Position numbers and translations under genes: made by a program. The notes below the pieces were generated by a model. That model made no database searches. It had not been told where the DNA came from and saw only the letters and a program-made list of their open reading frames with translations. From Candidatus Dojkabacteria bacterium (lineage in GTDB: Bacteria; Patescibacteriota; Dojkabacteria; SC72), in NCBI GenBank assembly GCA_041678505.1, contig JBAYOB010000002.1:1-60465 (forward strand): a DNA stretch of 60,465 bases. The letters run 5' to 3'. Positions 19,548-28,310 of this stretch are shown in pieces (positions within the stretch are counted from its first letter, which is position 1; every line of letters begins with the position of its first letter).

Positions 19548-20678
19548 TTATTTCTTTGAAGTTATCTTGATATCAATATTCTTCTCTTTACCTTCATCGT
19601 CATCGGGATCAAATTTCTTAAAGTCTTTTAGGAAATCTATTTTAGTAACAATTTTCTCATCCTTTTCCTTTGTTTTCTCCTTTCTGGCCTTTTTGGGCTT
19701 TACTTCTTTCTTTTCATCCTTACTCTCTTCTTTTGTCTCTTCTTCTTTTTTAGAAAGTATCTCTTTTAATGTCATATTCTTTGCCTCGGATTTGTTGTTC
19801 TCATTATTATTCATTTTCCCTTCTAACTCTTTTATCATTTTCTTCTCACTAGAGTTTCTAAAAGATACATTTAAAAGCCATGCTAATATGAAGCCTAGTG
19901 TGAAAGTAGTAATAATTAAAATAGTTAAATCAGAATTATTTGAGATTACTTGAGTTAGATTATCAAAACTAATAGCTCCAAAGGAGAAATAGATATCTTT
20001 CTTTCCATTTCTTTCTAGTAATAGACTGTTTTGAGACTCCCCTAGTTCAAAAGTGATAGAATTGGCTAAGTTACTAGCATACCCATAACGTCTTGTATAT
20101 CCGGTAAAAGTATACAGACCTTCGGAAAGATCACTTAAATCAATCTCTACTTTCCAAGAACCATCTTTATCAATCTTAGTCTCGGCAGTATCAATATCTT
20201 TACTTGATGAGAGAATTAGTATCAATTCAGAATCAGCAAGACCTGTCCCAGAGATTGTTAATAAATTATCAGTAAAGGATGGAGAGTTTATAATAGGGGG
20301 TCTAGGAATAACGATAATATCTCTTTCTAATATTTGAGTGGAATCAAATGTATCTATAAATTTGAATCTGAGAGTATGAGTCCCTATTCTTAAAGCTGGT
20401 AGATTGTAAGGACTCTCTATCTGTTCAAAACCAGTATCATTAATTTCTAGCTGAACTCCAGCAGAATTTTCAGATGGATCAACAAAGGTTATGATATGAC
20501 TAGGATTATCTGTTATAGAGGGAATATCAAGCAAGAGTTGTTTCAAGAAAGTCTCTTCCCTTTCTATCTCTATCTGATCTAGTTCTTCTTTGCTGTTTGC
20601 AAAAGTTTCTTTTTGAAAACTTAACAGAAGGAGAAACGATAATACTAACAGAAATATTGACCAAAGTTTTCTTCTCAT
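19548..20678 (-). CDS. Hypothetical surface protein: signal peptide, beta-rich ectodomain, TM helix and a Lys/Glu-rich cytoplasmic tail
   Basis: N-terminal LWSIFLLVLSFLLLLSF, late TM ILIITTFTLGFILAWLL, and the tail KEEETKEESKDEKKEVKPKKARKEKTKEKDEK. Confidence 0.45.
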   Translation of the reverse strand: MRRKLWSIFLLVLSFLLLLSFQKETFANSKEELDQIEIEREETFLKQLLLDIPSITDNPSHIITFVDPSENSAGVQLEINDTGFEQIESPYNLPALRIGTHTLRFKFIDTFDSTQILERDIIVIPRPPIINSPSFTDNLLTISGTGLADSELILILSSSKDIDTAETKIDKDGSWKVEIDLSDLSEGLYTFTGYTRRYGYASNLANSITFELGESQNSLLLERNGKKDIYFSFGAISFDNLTQVISNNSDLTILIITTFTLGFILAWLLNVSFRNSSEKKMIKELEGKMNNNENNKSEAKNMTLKEILSKKEEETKEESKDEKKEVKPKKARKEKTKEKDEKIVTKIDFLKDFKKFDPDDDEGKEKNIDIKITSKK

Positions 20679-20711
20679 TTTGAAGATTATAAATTTATTT
20701 TAAAAGAAATA

Positions 20712-21245
20712 CTACCCTATTCTATCAATGAAAAGTATTCCTTCCAAATGATCTAATTCATGTTGTACAGCAACAGCATCGTTATCATATAATTTTTCCT
20801 TTCTTAACATACCATCTATATCCTGATATTTGATCTCTATTCTTCTGTATCTCATGACATCTTCTTCAACGTTTGGAACACTAAGACATCCCTCTGTTGT
20901 TGTAATTTTACTAAAATTTAAAGGTTTAATTTCAGGATTAATATATACTTGCCATTTATTTGTACTTTCCTTTAGTATATAAAAAACTCTTTTATGCTCA
21001 CCAGTCTGAGGTGCTGCGATACCTCTAGCAGGAATCCCTATCTGTTCTTCACTGTTTTTTGCAGTATGAAGTAAGTCTTTTAAAAAGTTTCTGAATTTCT
21101 CACTTTCTATCTCATCATTAGAAATGGAGAGACTCTTTTCTCTAAGAAATTTTTCCTCTTTTTCGTCTTCTATTGTATATATCCTTAATTGTTTTGCCAT
21201 GCTAGAAAGTATATCATATTTATATTTGTAAAGATTTTGTAACAT
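20712..21245 (-). CDS. def: Peptide deformylase
   Basis: GIAAPQ, EGCLSVP and HELDHLEG metal-binding motifs; the true start is possibly the internal Met (MAKQLRIY) at 21200. Confidence 0.8.
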   Translation of the reverse strand: MLQNLYKYKYDILSSMAKQLRIYTIEDEKEEKFLREKSLSISNDEIESEKFRNFLKDLLHTAKNSEEQIGIPARGIAAPQTGEHKRVFYILKESTNKWQVYINPEIKPLNFSKITTTEGCLSVPNVEEDVMRYRRIEIKYQDIDGMLRKEKLYDNDAVAVQHELDHLEGILFIDRIG

Positions 21246-21285
21246 TATTCTTTTATTATATTAAAATGTGCATATATAAGTAGTA

Positions 21286-22536
21286 GTGTTTATGAATCTA
21301 GAAGAAGATCTAGATAGATACTTGGAAGAGTATATATACAAATTTCTAAGGAGTCTTTCTTTTATCCTTTTGATTTCTCTTTTTTTCTCAGTACTATATT
21401 TCTTTCTAGAAGGTAGTCAACATAAGGTATTAAGAGTCTCCACTCTATTTTGTGTAGTATATTTTTTGAAGAAATGTTTCTTAAAAAGAAATACTACTTT
21501 CTTCTCCTATATTTTAATTTTTATTTTCCTAATACTTTCTCTTTATTTTTCATTTTTGAATGGATTTCTTTTTCATTCACTTCTATTAGCAGCAATATCT
21601 TTTTTTCTTTACTTAATAGTAATAAATAATTTAGATTTTACTTTTTTTGTCTTTCTTTTTGTAATTACTACGGTTTTGGCATGCAATTTTTTAAGAATAG
21701 AATTAGGAATGCAAGGAAATATGATAGAGCATAACGGTAATAATCTCTTTATACAGTTGTTTCTCTATTGGCTAACTGTCTTCTTCCTATACACACTGTT
21801 TAAAGGCTGTTTCTTTCTTAAAGCTTTTCAACAAAAAGTTTTAAAAGATTCAAAGAATTATAGATATTTAGCAAATATGGAGTATAAAAACAGGCTTTTA
21901 GGAAGGATATCTAAGTGTATTTTACATGATATTTCTACTCCTATAAGTGTAGTATCAGGATATTTAAGAATTAATCCAGGAGAAGAAAAAAGGAAGTTAA
22001 TATATAAGGAATCAGTATTAGCCTCTTTGTTATATATTGAGAACATCTTAAATGATTCGTTAGATGTGGTTAGGCATCAATCTGATGAAGAATTCTTTGA
22101 ACCAGATTCTTGTATTTTAAATATGGTAAGAATTTTAAAAGGCAGATTATGTAAAAGTAAAATTATATTAAGACTTAAACTTTCTAAAAGTACAAAGTTG
22201 AAAGGGAATAGATGTGCTTTTTGTAGAATTTTTCTTAATCTCTTTATTAATTCTGTAGAAGAGTTAGAGCTGTCTAGAAAATCAATTAAGATAATTGAAG
22301 TAGATACATGTGTATTAGATAATACCTATATTCTAAGTATAAAAGATAATGGAAGAGGTTTTAAAAAAGAACTTCTTGAAAAAATAGATAAAAACGAATT
22401 AATTTTAGAAGAGGAAAATTTAGGCTTAGGTTTGTTTTTTGTTTTTAATTCGGTTAAGGAAAAGTTTAAAGGGAAAGTAGAGATCAAAAGCAATAGATGG
22501 AGATATACTAAGATTAAAGTTTTCTTTCCTTTATGA
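21286..22536 (+). CDS. Membrane sensor histidine kinase
   Basis: About 6 N-terminal TM segments; H-box ILHDISTPISVV, N-box NLFINSVEE, G1 IKDNGRGF and G2 GLGLGLF. Confidence 0.7.
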   Translation: MFMNLEEDLDRYLEEYIYKFLRSLSFILLISLFFSVLYFFLEGSQHKVLRVSTLFCVVYFLKKCFLKRNTTFFSYILIFIFLILSLYFSFLNGFLFHSLLLAAISFFLYLIVINNLDFTFFVFLFVITTVLACNFLRIELGMQGNMIEHNGNNLFIQLFLYWLTVFFLYTLFKGCFFLKAFQQKVLKDSKNYRYLANMEYKNRLLGRISKCILHDISTPISVVSGYLRINPGEEKRKLIYKESVLASLLYIENILNDSLDVVRHQSDEEFFEPDSCILNMVRILKGRLCKSKIILRLKLSKSTKLKGNRCAFCRIFLNLFINSVEELELSRKSIKIIEVDTCVLDNTYILSIKDNGRGFKKELLEKIDKNELILEEENLGLGLFFVFNSVKEKFKGKVEIKSNRWRYTKIKVFFPL

Positions 22537-23238
22537 ATATTCTCTTTTTATATCTTCAAAGTAGATAGGATTAATAGCATATCCTATCCCATTAATAGTT
22601 TTAATTAATGATTTTTCTAAAGGAACATTAAATTTCTTTCTGATTCTGCTAACCATAGTATCGACAGAATATATAGAAGGATTTTTGAAATTATTTAAAA
22701 TATTTGAAACTATTTGATTTCTAGTAAATACCTCTCCTTTTGATTCTATTAACATGATTAAGAAATCTGTTTCTGTTTTAGTCAAATCTAATATCTTCTC
22801 GTTACTTTTAACAATTCTTCTGTCTATATCAATATATATTCCTAGTGTTTTAACAATATTTCCTTTTAAATTTGGATTTATCAAAGATTTGATTTGAGCT
22901 TCTAATATTTCATAATTTAAGGGTTTATAATGGTATATATTTATATTGAGTTTGTATGCTTTAAGTTCATCGGTTTGTTCTTTTGATCCTGTTATTACAA
23001 TGATAGGCTTGTTATTTATCTCTCTAATTTTTCTTACTATCTCAAAACCCGTAATATCTGGTAGTCCTAGATCTATTATAGCTAATTGATACTTGTTCTC
23101 TAAAACTTTCTTGATTCCATCCTTTCCGTTGTATGCATAATCAACATTTAAGTGTAAAGTTTTAATAAACTCAGAAATAGTTAGTACTAAATTAGCACTA
23201 TCCTCTACTATTAGTACAGTAGGTCTTTTGTTAGGCAT
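22531..23238 (-). CDS. OmpR-family response regulator
   Basis: Receiver domain (VLIVEDS...AIIDLGLPDITG...VITGS) plus a winged-helix output domain (LTKTETDFLIMLIESKGEVFTRNQI...VDTMVSRIRKK...TINGIGY). Confidence 0.8.
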   Translation of the reverse strand: MPNKRPTVLIVEDSANLVLTISEFIKTLHLNVDYAYNGKDGIKKVLENKYQLAIIDLGLPDITGFEIVRKIREINNKPIIVITGSKEQTDELKAYKLNINIYHYKPLNYEILEAQIKSLINPNLKGNIVKTLGIYIDIDRRIVKSNEKILDLTKTETDFLIMLIESKGEVFTRNQIVSNILNNFKNPSIYSVDTMVSRIRKKFNVPLEKSLIKTINGIGYAINPIYFEDIKREYS

Positions 23239-23292
23239 ACGATAAGTATATATGAAAGATGTTACAGAGACATTACGGAATATATTACTACT

Positions 23293-23412
23293 CTACTCTT
23301 CATTATTCTCTTTCTCAGGAGACTCATCCTTTCTCTCTGGTAAAAGCAATCCAAGCAAAAAAAGTATTATGAATATGGATGTTAGTATGGCTACTATTGT
23401 TACTATTCCCAT
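23293..23412 (-). CDS. Candidate 39-aa small membrane protein (below the ORF-track size cut-off)
   Basis: Own translation: MGIVTIVAILTSIFIILFLLGLLLPERKDESPEKENNEE, one TM helix plus an acidic tail. It lies in the queH-to-response-regulator gap on the same strand, with no clear SD. Confidence 0.25.
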   Translation of the reverse strand: MGIVTIVAILTSIFIILFLLGLLLPERKDESPEKENNEE

Positions 23413-23443
23413 AACTTCACTATATCATATTCTTTAATTTTTG

Positions 23444-23986
23444 TTATCCTTTTGTCATTCTTTCTACTAAAGAAAAACAACACCCACAATAGTTCTGTTT
23501 GTAAAATCCTCTGTTTTTAATATTTTCCTCGGGAGTTATCTCTATAAATTTAATATTGTATTTGTTTTCATACTTTTTTCCTATGGCTAAGATCTCTCTT
23601 CTGTTTTGGAAATTACTGCTAAGTAAAGTTGTAGTGACAACCTCTATATTTTCTCTAACGGCGTAATTAAAAAGAAAATCTATTCTTAACTCCCAACAGA
23701 GAGAACATCGTTTGCCTTTTTTGTAAGTTTCTTTTAAAGTATTAAAATACTCTTTTGGTCTGTAATCGGGAATAACAAGTTTAGTGTTATTGGGGAGATT
23801 GTTTTTTATAGCTTTTAATCTCTCCAGATATTCACTTCGAGGGTGAATGTTTGGATTGTAGAAAAGAGATACTATTTGGGTATTATCATCTATATATTTC
23901 TTCTTCTTTAAAAAGTTAATGCTATTTAAAAGGCAATTAGCACAACAGGTATGTATAGCAATGGTGTTAATGTTTGGTCTTTTCAC
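23444..23986 (-). CDS. queH: Epoxyqueuosine reductase QueH (DUF208)
   Basis: Cys motifs HTCCANC, RCSLCWELR and NYCGCCFS characteristic of QueH. Confidence 0.7.
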   Translation of the reverse strand: MKRPNINTIAIHTCCANCLLNSINFLKKKKYIDDNTQIVSLFYNPNIHPRSEYLERLKAIKNNLPNNTKLVIPDYRPKEYFNTLKETYKKGKRCSLCWELRIDFLFNYAVRENIEVVTTTLLSSNFQNRREILAIGKKYENKYNIKFIEITPEENIKNRGFYKQNYCGCCFSLVERMTKG

Positions 23987-24081
23987 AAAATTTCTTAATA
24001 TATATCCTACTCTAGGGTTAAAATAAAGATTTGAATAATATATAGGAAAATTATATCATCTATTATTAATATTTTTCATAA

Positions 24082-25425
24082 TTGCTTATGACTTTTGATG
24101 TAATAGTAGTGGGTGCTGGTCCTGCGGGACTTTTTGCTTGTTATGAACTTTTAAAAGAGAAAAAGGGGATTAAGATAGCCCTCATAGATATGGGTAAGAG
24201 GATGGAGAAGAGATCTCCTGAGGAGGTTATGTCTGGTTTTGGAGGTGCTGGTACATTCTCTGATGGTAAGCTTCATTACACCGCTCTTCTCTCACATGAG
24301 AAAGCGTTCCATTTAACAACAAGAAGAAAATATCAAAAAATACTTGATTATGTTGATACAATCTTTACCTCTTTCGGAGTAGATTCAGAATACTATCCTA
24401 GTAATAACAAAGAATTAGAGGAGTTAGTAACTGAGGCTCATGTGAATGATGTAGAGTTAGTAGTAAGGAAAACTAGACATGTAGGTACAGATAAGTTAAA
24501 GGAAGTCATGAAGAGTTTTCAAAAACATCTTTTGGATAACAAAGTAGAGTTTATGGATGAGACTGAAGTAACAGATATTATAGTGGAAAAGGGAAGAATA
24601 AAAGGTGTTCAGGCAGGAGAAAAGAAGATTTTAGGGAAAAAAGTATTACTTGCTCCCGGTAGAGTTAGTGCAAGGTGGCTACAGAATCTAATGGATAAGC
24701 ATAAACTAAAATATATCTATGACAAGGTTGAAGTTGGTGTAAGAGTAGAATTTCCATCTCAGATAATGAAAAGACAGGCAGAAGTACTATATGAGATAGT
24801 ATATAGAGTGAGAACAGATACTTATCATGATATAGTCAGGACTTTCTGTAGCTGTCCTAACGGTATGGTTTCTATTGAAAAGTATGATGGATATGTTTGT
24901 GTTAATGGGTACTCTAATTCTGATCATGATTCTCCAAATTCTAACTTTGCTTTTCTTTGCGAAGTTAATTTAACAGAACCGGTTGAAAATTCAATTGCTT
25001 ATGCTAAATCTATTGCAGAGGTTGCATCTACTATTGGAGGTGGCAAACCGATTCTTCAGACACTTGAAGATTTAAGGTATGGTAGAAGGACAACAGAGAG
25101 TAGATTAGAGAAGTCTTTTGTAACACCATCCTTAGAGGAATTTACCACTGGAGATATATCAATGGCACTACCCTACAGAATAGTAGTTAATATTATAGAA
25201 GGGCTAAAAACATTAGATACTGTTATGCCAGGAATTAATGGAGGCTCTACTTTGCTGTATGCTCCTGAGGTTAAATTTAGATCCTCCAAGATAGAGACTA
25301 ACAAGCACTTGGAGACACAGGTAAAAGGATTGTATGTAGCAGGTGATGGTGCCGGACTATCTGGTTCCATTACAGGAGCTGCAGTAACAGGAATTATGGC
25401 TACAAGAGGTATGCTAGAGAAATAA
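24082..25425 (+). CDS. FAD-dependent protein (COG2509-like uncharacterised dehydrogenase)
   Basis: Dinucleotide-binding motif DVIVVGAGPAGLFA and C-terminal LYVAGDGAGLSGSITGAAVTG; the likely start is the ATG at 24088. Confidence 0.6.
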   Translation: MLMTFDVIVVGAGPAGLFACYELLKEKKGIKIALIDMGKRMEKRSPEEVMSGFGGAGTFSDGKLHYTALLSHEKAFHLTTRRKYQKILDYVDTIFTSFGVDSEYYPSNNKELEELVTEAHVNDVELVVRKTRHVGTDKLKEVMKSFQKHLLDNKVEFMDETEVTDIIVEKGRIKGVQAGEKKILGKKVLLAPGRVSARWLQNLMDKHKLKYIYDKVEVGVRVEFPSQIMKRQAEVLYEIVYRVRTDTYHDIVRTFCSCPNGMVSIEKYDGYVCVNGYSNSDHDSPNSNFAFLCEVNLTEPVENSIAYAKSIAEVASTIGGGKPILQTLEDLRYGRRTTESRLEKSFVTPSLEEFTTGDISMALPYRIVVNIIEGLKTLDTVMPGINGGSTLLYAPEVKFRSSKIETNKHLETQVKGLYVAGDGAGLSGSITGAAVTGIMATRGMLEK

Positions 25426-25447
25426 TTGTATTTTATTTCTGTTTTTA

Positions 25448-25456
25448 TGATATAAT
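25448..25456 (+). promoter_or_regulatory. Extended -10 box (TGaTATAAT) upstream of the RRM protein gene
   Basis: tttTGATATAAT at 25448-25456 would give a roughly 90-nt 5' UTR for the gene starting at 25553. Confidence 0.3.
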
Positions 25457-25552
25457 TACAGTAGCTATGGAAGCTTTCTTCATTTTGTAGACTGCTTAGA
25501 GTGTAATCTCCCAATTAATGGTGTAGCAAATTTAATTTTATTTTTATAAATA

Positions 25553-25843
25553 ATGGGTAAAAAATTATTTGTAGGAAACCTTAGCTGGGATGTTAGAGAC
25601 GAACAGTTAAAAGAGGTTTTTTCTCAGGTAGGTACTGTTGAAGAAGCAGTAGTTATCATAGACAGGATGAAAAACAGATCTAAAGGATTTGGATTTGTTA
25701 CAATGTCTACAGAAGAGGAAGCTCAAAAAGCAATGGAAGAACTCAACGGAAAAGAAGTTGATGGGAGACCAATAAATGTCTCAGAGGCTAGAGAAGAAAA
25801 AAGAGACTCTTTTAACGGAGGATCTGGAAGTTTCAATAGATAA
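25553..25843 (+). CDS. RRM-type RNA-binding protein
   Basis: RNP2 KLFVGNLSW and RNP1 KGFGFVTM motifs with a short Gly/Ser tail. Confidence 0.8.
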   Translation: MGKKLFVGNLSWDVRDEQLKEVFSQVGTVEEAVVIIDRMKNRSKGFGFVTMSTEEEAQKAMEELNGKEVDGRPINVSEAREEKRDSFNGGSGSFNR

Positions 25844-25862
25844 TAGAATTCTTACGCTTTAT

Positions 25863-25891
25863 AAGGGAGTATTTTATACTCCCTTTTTTTT
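25863..25891 (+). terminator. Rho-independent terminator
   Basis: A 9-bp stem, AAGGGAGTA / TACTCCCTT, with a 5-nt loop, running into a T8 tract. Confidence 0.65.
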
Positions 25892-25937
25892 ATATAGATA
25901 TGTTATATTAAAGAAGATAATTTTAAGGAAGAATAAA

Positions 25938-26321
25938 ATGACAGAACTAAATCAGATATATAAATGTGAAATATGTGGAAACATAGTAGAAGTTGTACAT
26001 ACGGGGGCTGGGACCTTAGTTTGTTGTAATCAACCTATGGTATTAATGAAAGAGTTTACAGAAGATGAAGGCTTTGAAAAACATGTTCCATCTCTTGCAT
26101 TTGAGAATAGTAAATTAATAGTAACTATTGGAGATGTAGAACATCCTATGGAGAAAGAACACTACATAGAGTGGATAGAATATATAGCTGATAATGAGGT
26201 ACAAAGAGTATATTTAACACCTGAAGATAGACCTACAGCAACCTTTAATTTTAAGGAAAACAGAAAGTATACTGTAAGAACATACTGTAATATTCATGGA
26301 CTTTGGGAATTAAGGATGTAA
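25938..26321 (+). CDS. dfx: Desulfoferrodoxin (2Fe superoxide reductase)
   Basis: From the ATG at 25938: MTELNQIYKCEICGNIVEVVHTGAGTLVCCNQPM (desulforedoxin-like CxxC...CC centre I), then EKHVP...H..E..HYIEW...CNIHGLW (centre II ligands). The track ORF start at 25776 overlaps the upstream gene and terminator. Confidence 0.8.
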   Translation: MTELNQIYKCEICGNIVEVVHTGAGTLVCCNQPMVLMKEFTEDEGFEKHVPSLAFENSKLIVTIGDVEHPMEKEHYIEWIEYIADNEVQRVYLTPEDRPTATFNFKENRKYTVRTYCNIHGLWELRM

Positions 26322-27983
26322 TTAATATGTTCCGGAGAGAATCCTTATAAATTGTTCCATTTCATTGTATACCTGTGTCCGAGATAGAGTGGTTTGATTA
26401 TCCAAGGAGTGATCTATAGCTCTACCACAAGAAAATCCTAGATTATATCCACTATCTAAAACTTTTTTAAAAACTATTTGATTACCAACACATCCAGGGT
26501 ATGCAAATGCATTAACAGGTTTTTCTGTTAGTTGCTCAAGTGTATTTTTACTTTCGACAATCTCTTTTTCTAGTATAGCTCTGTTTGAGACTCTTGAGAG
26601 TATTGGGTGTGTAGCACTATGTGATTGGATATCCATTCCATTATCAGAGATCTCCTTTACTTGCTCTTTAGATAATAATCCGACTTCAGAAGGAACAAAA
26701 AATACTCCTGTATGTCCATATCTTTTAAGAATAGGAAAAGCTACTGAATAGTGAGTAGGCAGTGAATCATCAAAAGATATAACAATACTTTTTTGTGAAG
26801 GATTAACACCTGAATTTAAAAGAGAGAAAAACTCACTAGTAGATATACTTCTATAATTCTTCCTAGTTAGATAGGCTATCTGCCTTTCAAACATTTCAGG
26901 ATCTACATAAAGTCCTTTTTTAAAATCACTATTATTTTGAGGTACATGTGCTATATGATGATACATCAAGACAGGGACTCTGACAGTTCCTACTTCTTGA
27001 TTTGAAGGGATAATGTCATAGTCAGTATCGAAGTTATTACTATCTACAACTTTTGAAATAATGTCTTTGTCATCAGTAATGTATGGAAATAGTACAAGAG
27101 AATTATTTGTATGTTTTAAAAGGTATCCTACTTTAAATTTATCTTTATTTTTTTGTTGTATAGGAGGAATTTTCTCTAAAATTTCTATAACAATTAATTT
27201 TTCATCTATACTATCTTCTTGATTAAAATACTCTATTACAGCATTAACTTCTTTTTGAAGATTCTCAAATTGAGGAAAAGATGAAGAAGTCTTCTCTATG
27301 TGTTTCTGTATGTTTATGTAATTCTCTATGTCATTTTCTATAATTATCTCTATATCACTGTATCTTGCAATGGTCTCTAACCTCTCTCTTTGAAAAAGAG
27401 GTAGTGAATATATACCTTTCCCTTCTATAAATGACCTGCCTCCAAGAAAGGCTATTTTAGTTTGTAAGCTAAAAACTTTTCTCTTTAGACTTTTTCTTAA
27501 GCTATCATATTCTAACGAAGAGTTTCTAATTTCCTTGAACCTGTCTATAAAGTAATGTGAAAGTACTTGGGAAGATATATATATTTGGTTATTACTATGA
27601 CTTAGTTCTTTGTATTTAGAGGATATATCTATGTAAGCATTTTCTTTTTTAATTTGTTCTTCATCATCTTCTTTTTCAGCTTTCTCCTCTAAAAAGACAT
27701 ATCCATTATTTAAGAGATATACAAGATCTTCATGTGTTAATATTAAATTGTTTTTCCTTACAACTTCTTCAAAATTTAATGGCAACGTATCTAAAATTCC
27801 TTTGTTTAAATCTTGAGCGTTACTTTCAAGAAGTTTTACATTTAAAATATCTTTTTGGTCTTTTAATCTAAAGTTTTTTACAAAGGGATTAAGAGTAGAG
27901 AGATATAAGAGAATCAACATAAAAAATAATATAGGTATAATTATTAGGTATATCTGTTTTTTATCTATCTTCTTCTTTTTCAA
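26322..27983 (-). CDS. Membrane-anchored polysaccharide deacetylase (NodB-domain) protein
   Basis: N-terminal TM; the C-terminal region has VLMYHHI, VISFDDSLPTHYS, GVFFVPS and IQSHSATHP, typical of NodB/CE4 deacetylases. Confidence 0.65.
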   Translation of the reverse strand: MKKKKIDKKQIYLIIIPILFFMLILLYLSTLNPFVKNFRLKDQKDILNVKLLESNAQDLNKGILDTLPLNFEEVVRKNNLILTHEDLVYLLNNGYVFLEEKAEKEDDEEQIKKENAYIDISSKYKELSHSNNQIYISSQVLSHYFIDRFKEIRNSSLEYDSLRKSLKRKVFSLQTKIAFLGGRSFIEGKGIYSLPLFQRERLETIARYSDIEIIIENDIENYINIQKHIEKTSSSFPQFENLQKEVNAVIEYFNQEDSIDEKLIVIEILEKIPPIQQKNKDKFKVGYLLKHTNNSLVLFPYITDDKDIISKVVDSNNFDTDYDIIPSNQEVGTVRVPVLMYHHIAHVPQNNSDFKKGLYVDPEMFERQIAYLTRKNYRSISTSEFFSLLNSGVNPSQKSIVISFDDSLPTHYSVAFPILKRYGHTGVFFVPSEVGLLSKEQVKEISDNGMDIQSHSATHPILSRVSNRAILEKEIVESKNTLEQLTEKPVNAFAYPGCVGNQIVFKKVLDSGYNLGFSCGRAIDHSLDNQTTLSRTQVYNEMEQFIRILSGTY

Positions 27984-28043
27984 TTAAAAAGCAATATAAT
28001 TAGAATTTCTACAGTATATTATACGATAATTTGAAGGAATGTG

Positions 28044-28084
28044 ATGTGGATCAATCATGTGACATAAGTCTAATTGATCCACAT
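28044..28084. repeat. Perfect 12-bp inverted repeat (hairpin) with a 17-nt loop
   Basis: ATGTGGATCAAT (28044-55) pairs with ATTGATCCACAT (28073-84). There is no flanking T tract on either strand, so it is not a canonical terminator. Confidence 0.6.
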
Positions 28085-28094
28085 CGGTGGAAGT

Positions 28095-28232
28095 TTATTT
28101 GTCTTGTCTTTTTATTTGAAGCTTGGCTTTCCAGCCAGTTTCAATATATTTTTGTAATTTCCCCCTACAGGTTTGGTCTTTTTTTGTGTTGTTTTCTTGT
28201 TGTTTTTTCTGTTTTTTTGTAGGCTGACCCAT
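28095..28232 (-). CDS. Candidate 45-aa basic small protein (below the ORF-track cut-off)
   Basis: Own translation: MGQPTKKQKKQQENNTKKDQTCRGKLQKYIETGWKAKLQIKRQDK. A perfect AGGAGG SD (28241-46 on the plus strand) lies 8 nt upstream of the ATG at 28232. It is co-directional with, and downstream of, mnmA. Confidence 0.35.
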   Translation of the reverse strand: MGQPTKKQKKQQENNTKKDQTCRGKLQKYIETGWKAKLQIKRQDK

Positions 28233-28310
28233 CAAATCTGCCTCCTTTCATTTTGGGTCGTAAAATTGTAAAAGACTACAGTTACATAGTAGCAGAAAAT
28301 TAAGATTTTG

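Noticed and set aside
19548-19830. Apparent DNA-level repetitiveness (tctt/ttc runs)
   Set aside because: It is the coding sequence of a Lys/Glu-rich low-complexity tail on the minus strand. It has no defined repeat unit.
23252-23437. 61-aa plus-strand ORF in the queH to response-regulator gap
   Set aside because: It has no SD or promoter and lies opposite a more plausible minus-strand 39-aa TM peptide, which is itself listed only at low confidence.
25776-25937. N-terminal extension of the desulfoferrodoxin ORF in the track (start at 25776)
   Set aside because: It overlaps the 3' end of the RRM gene and reads through a clear intrinsic terminator. The homologous Dfx N-terminus (MTELNQIYKCEICG) begins at the ATG at 25938.
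28031-28222. 63-aa TTG-start plus-strand ORF
   Set aside because: It has a TTG start without an SD, and its hydrophobic low-complexity product derives from T-rich DNA. The opposite strand has a better supported small ORF with a perfect SD.
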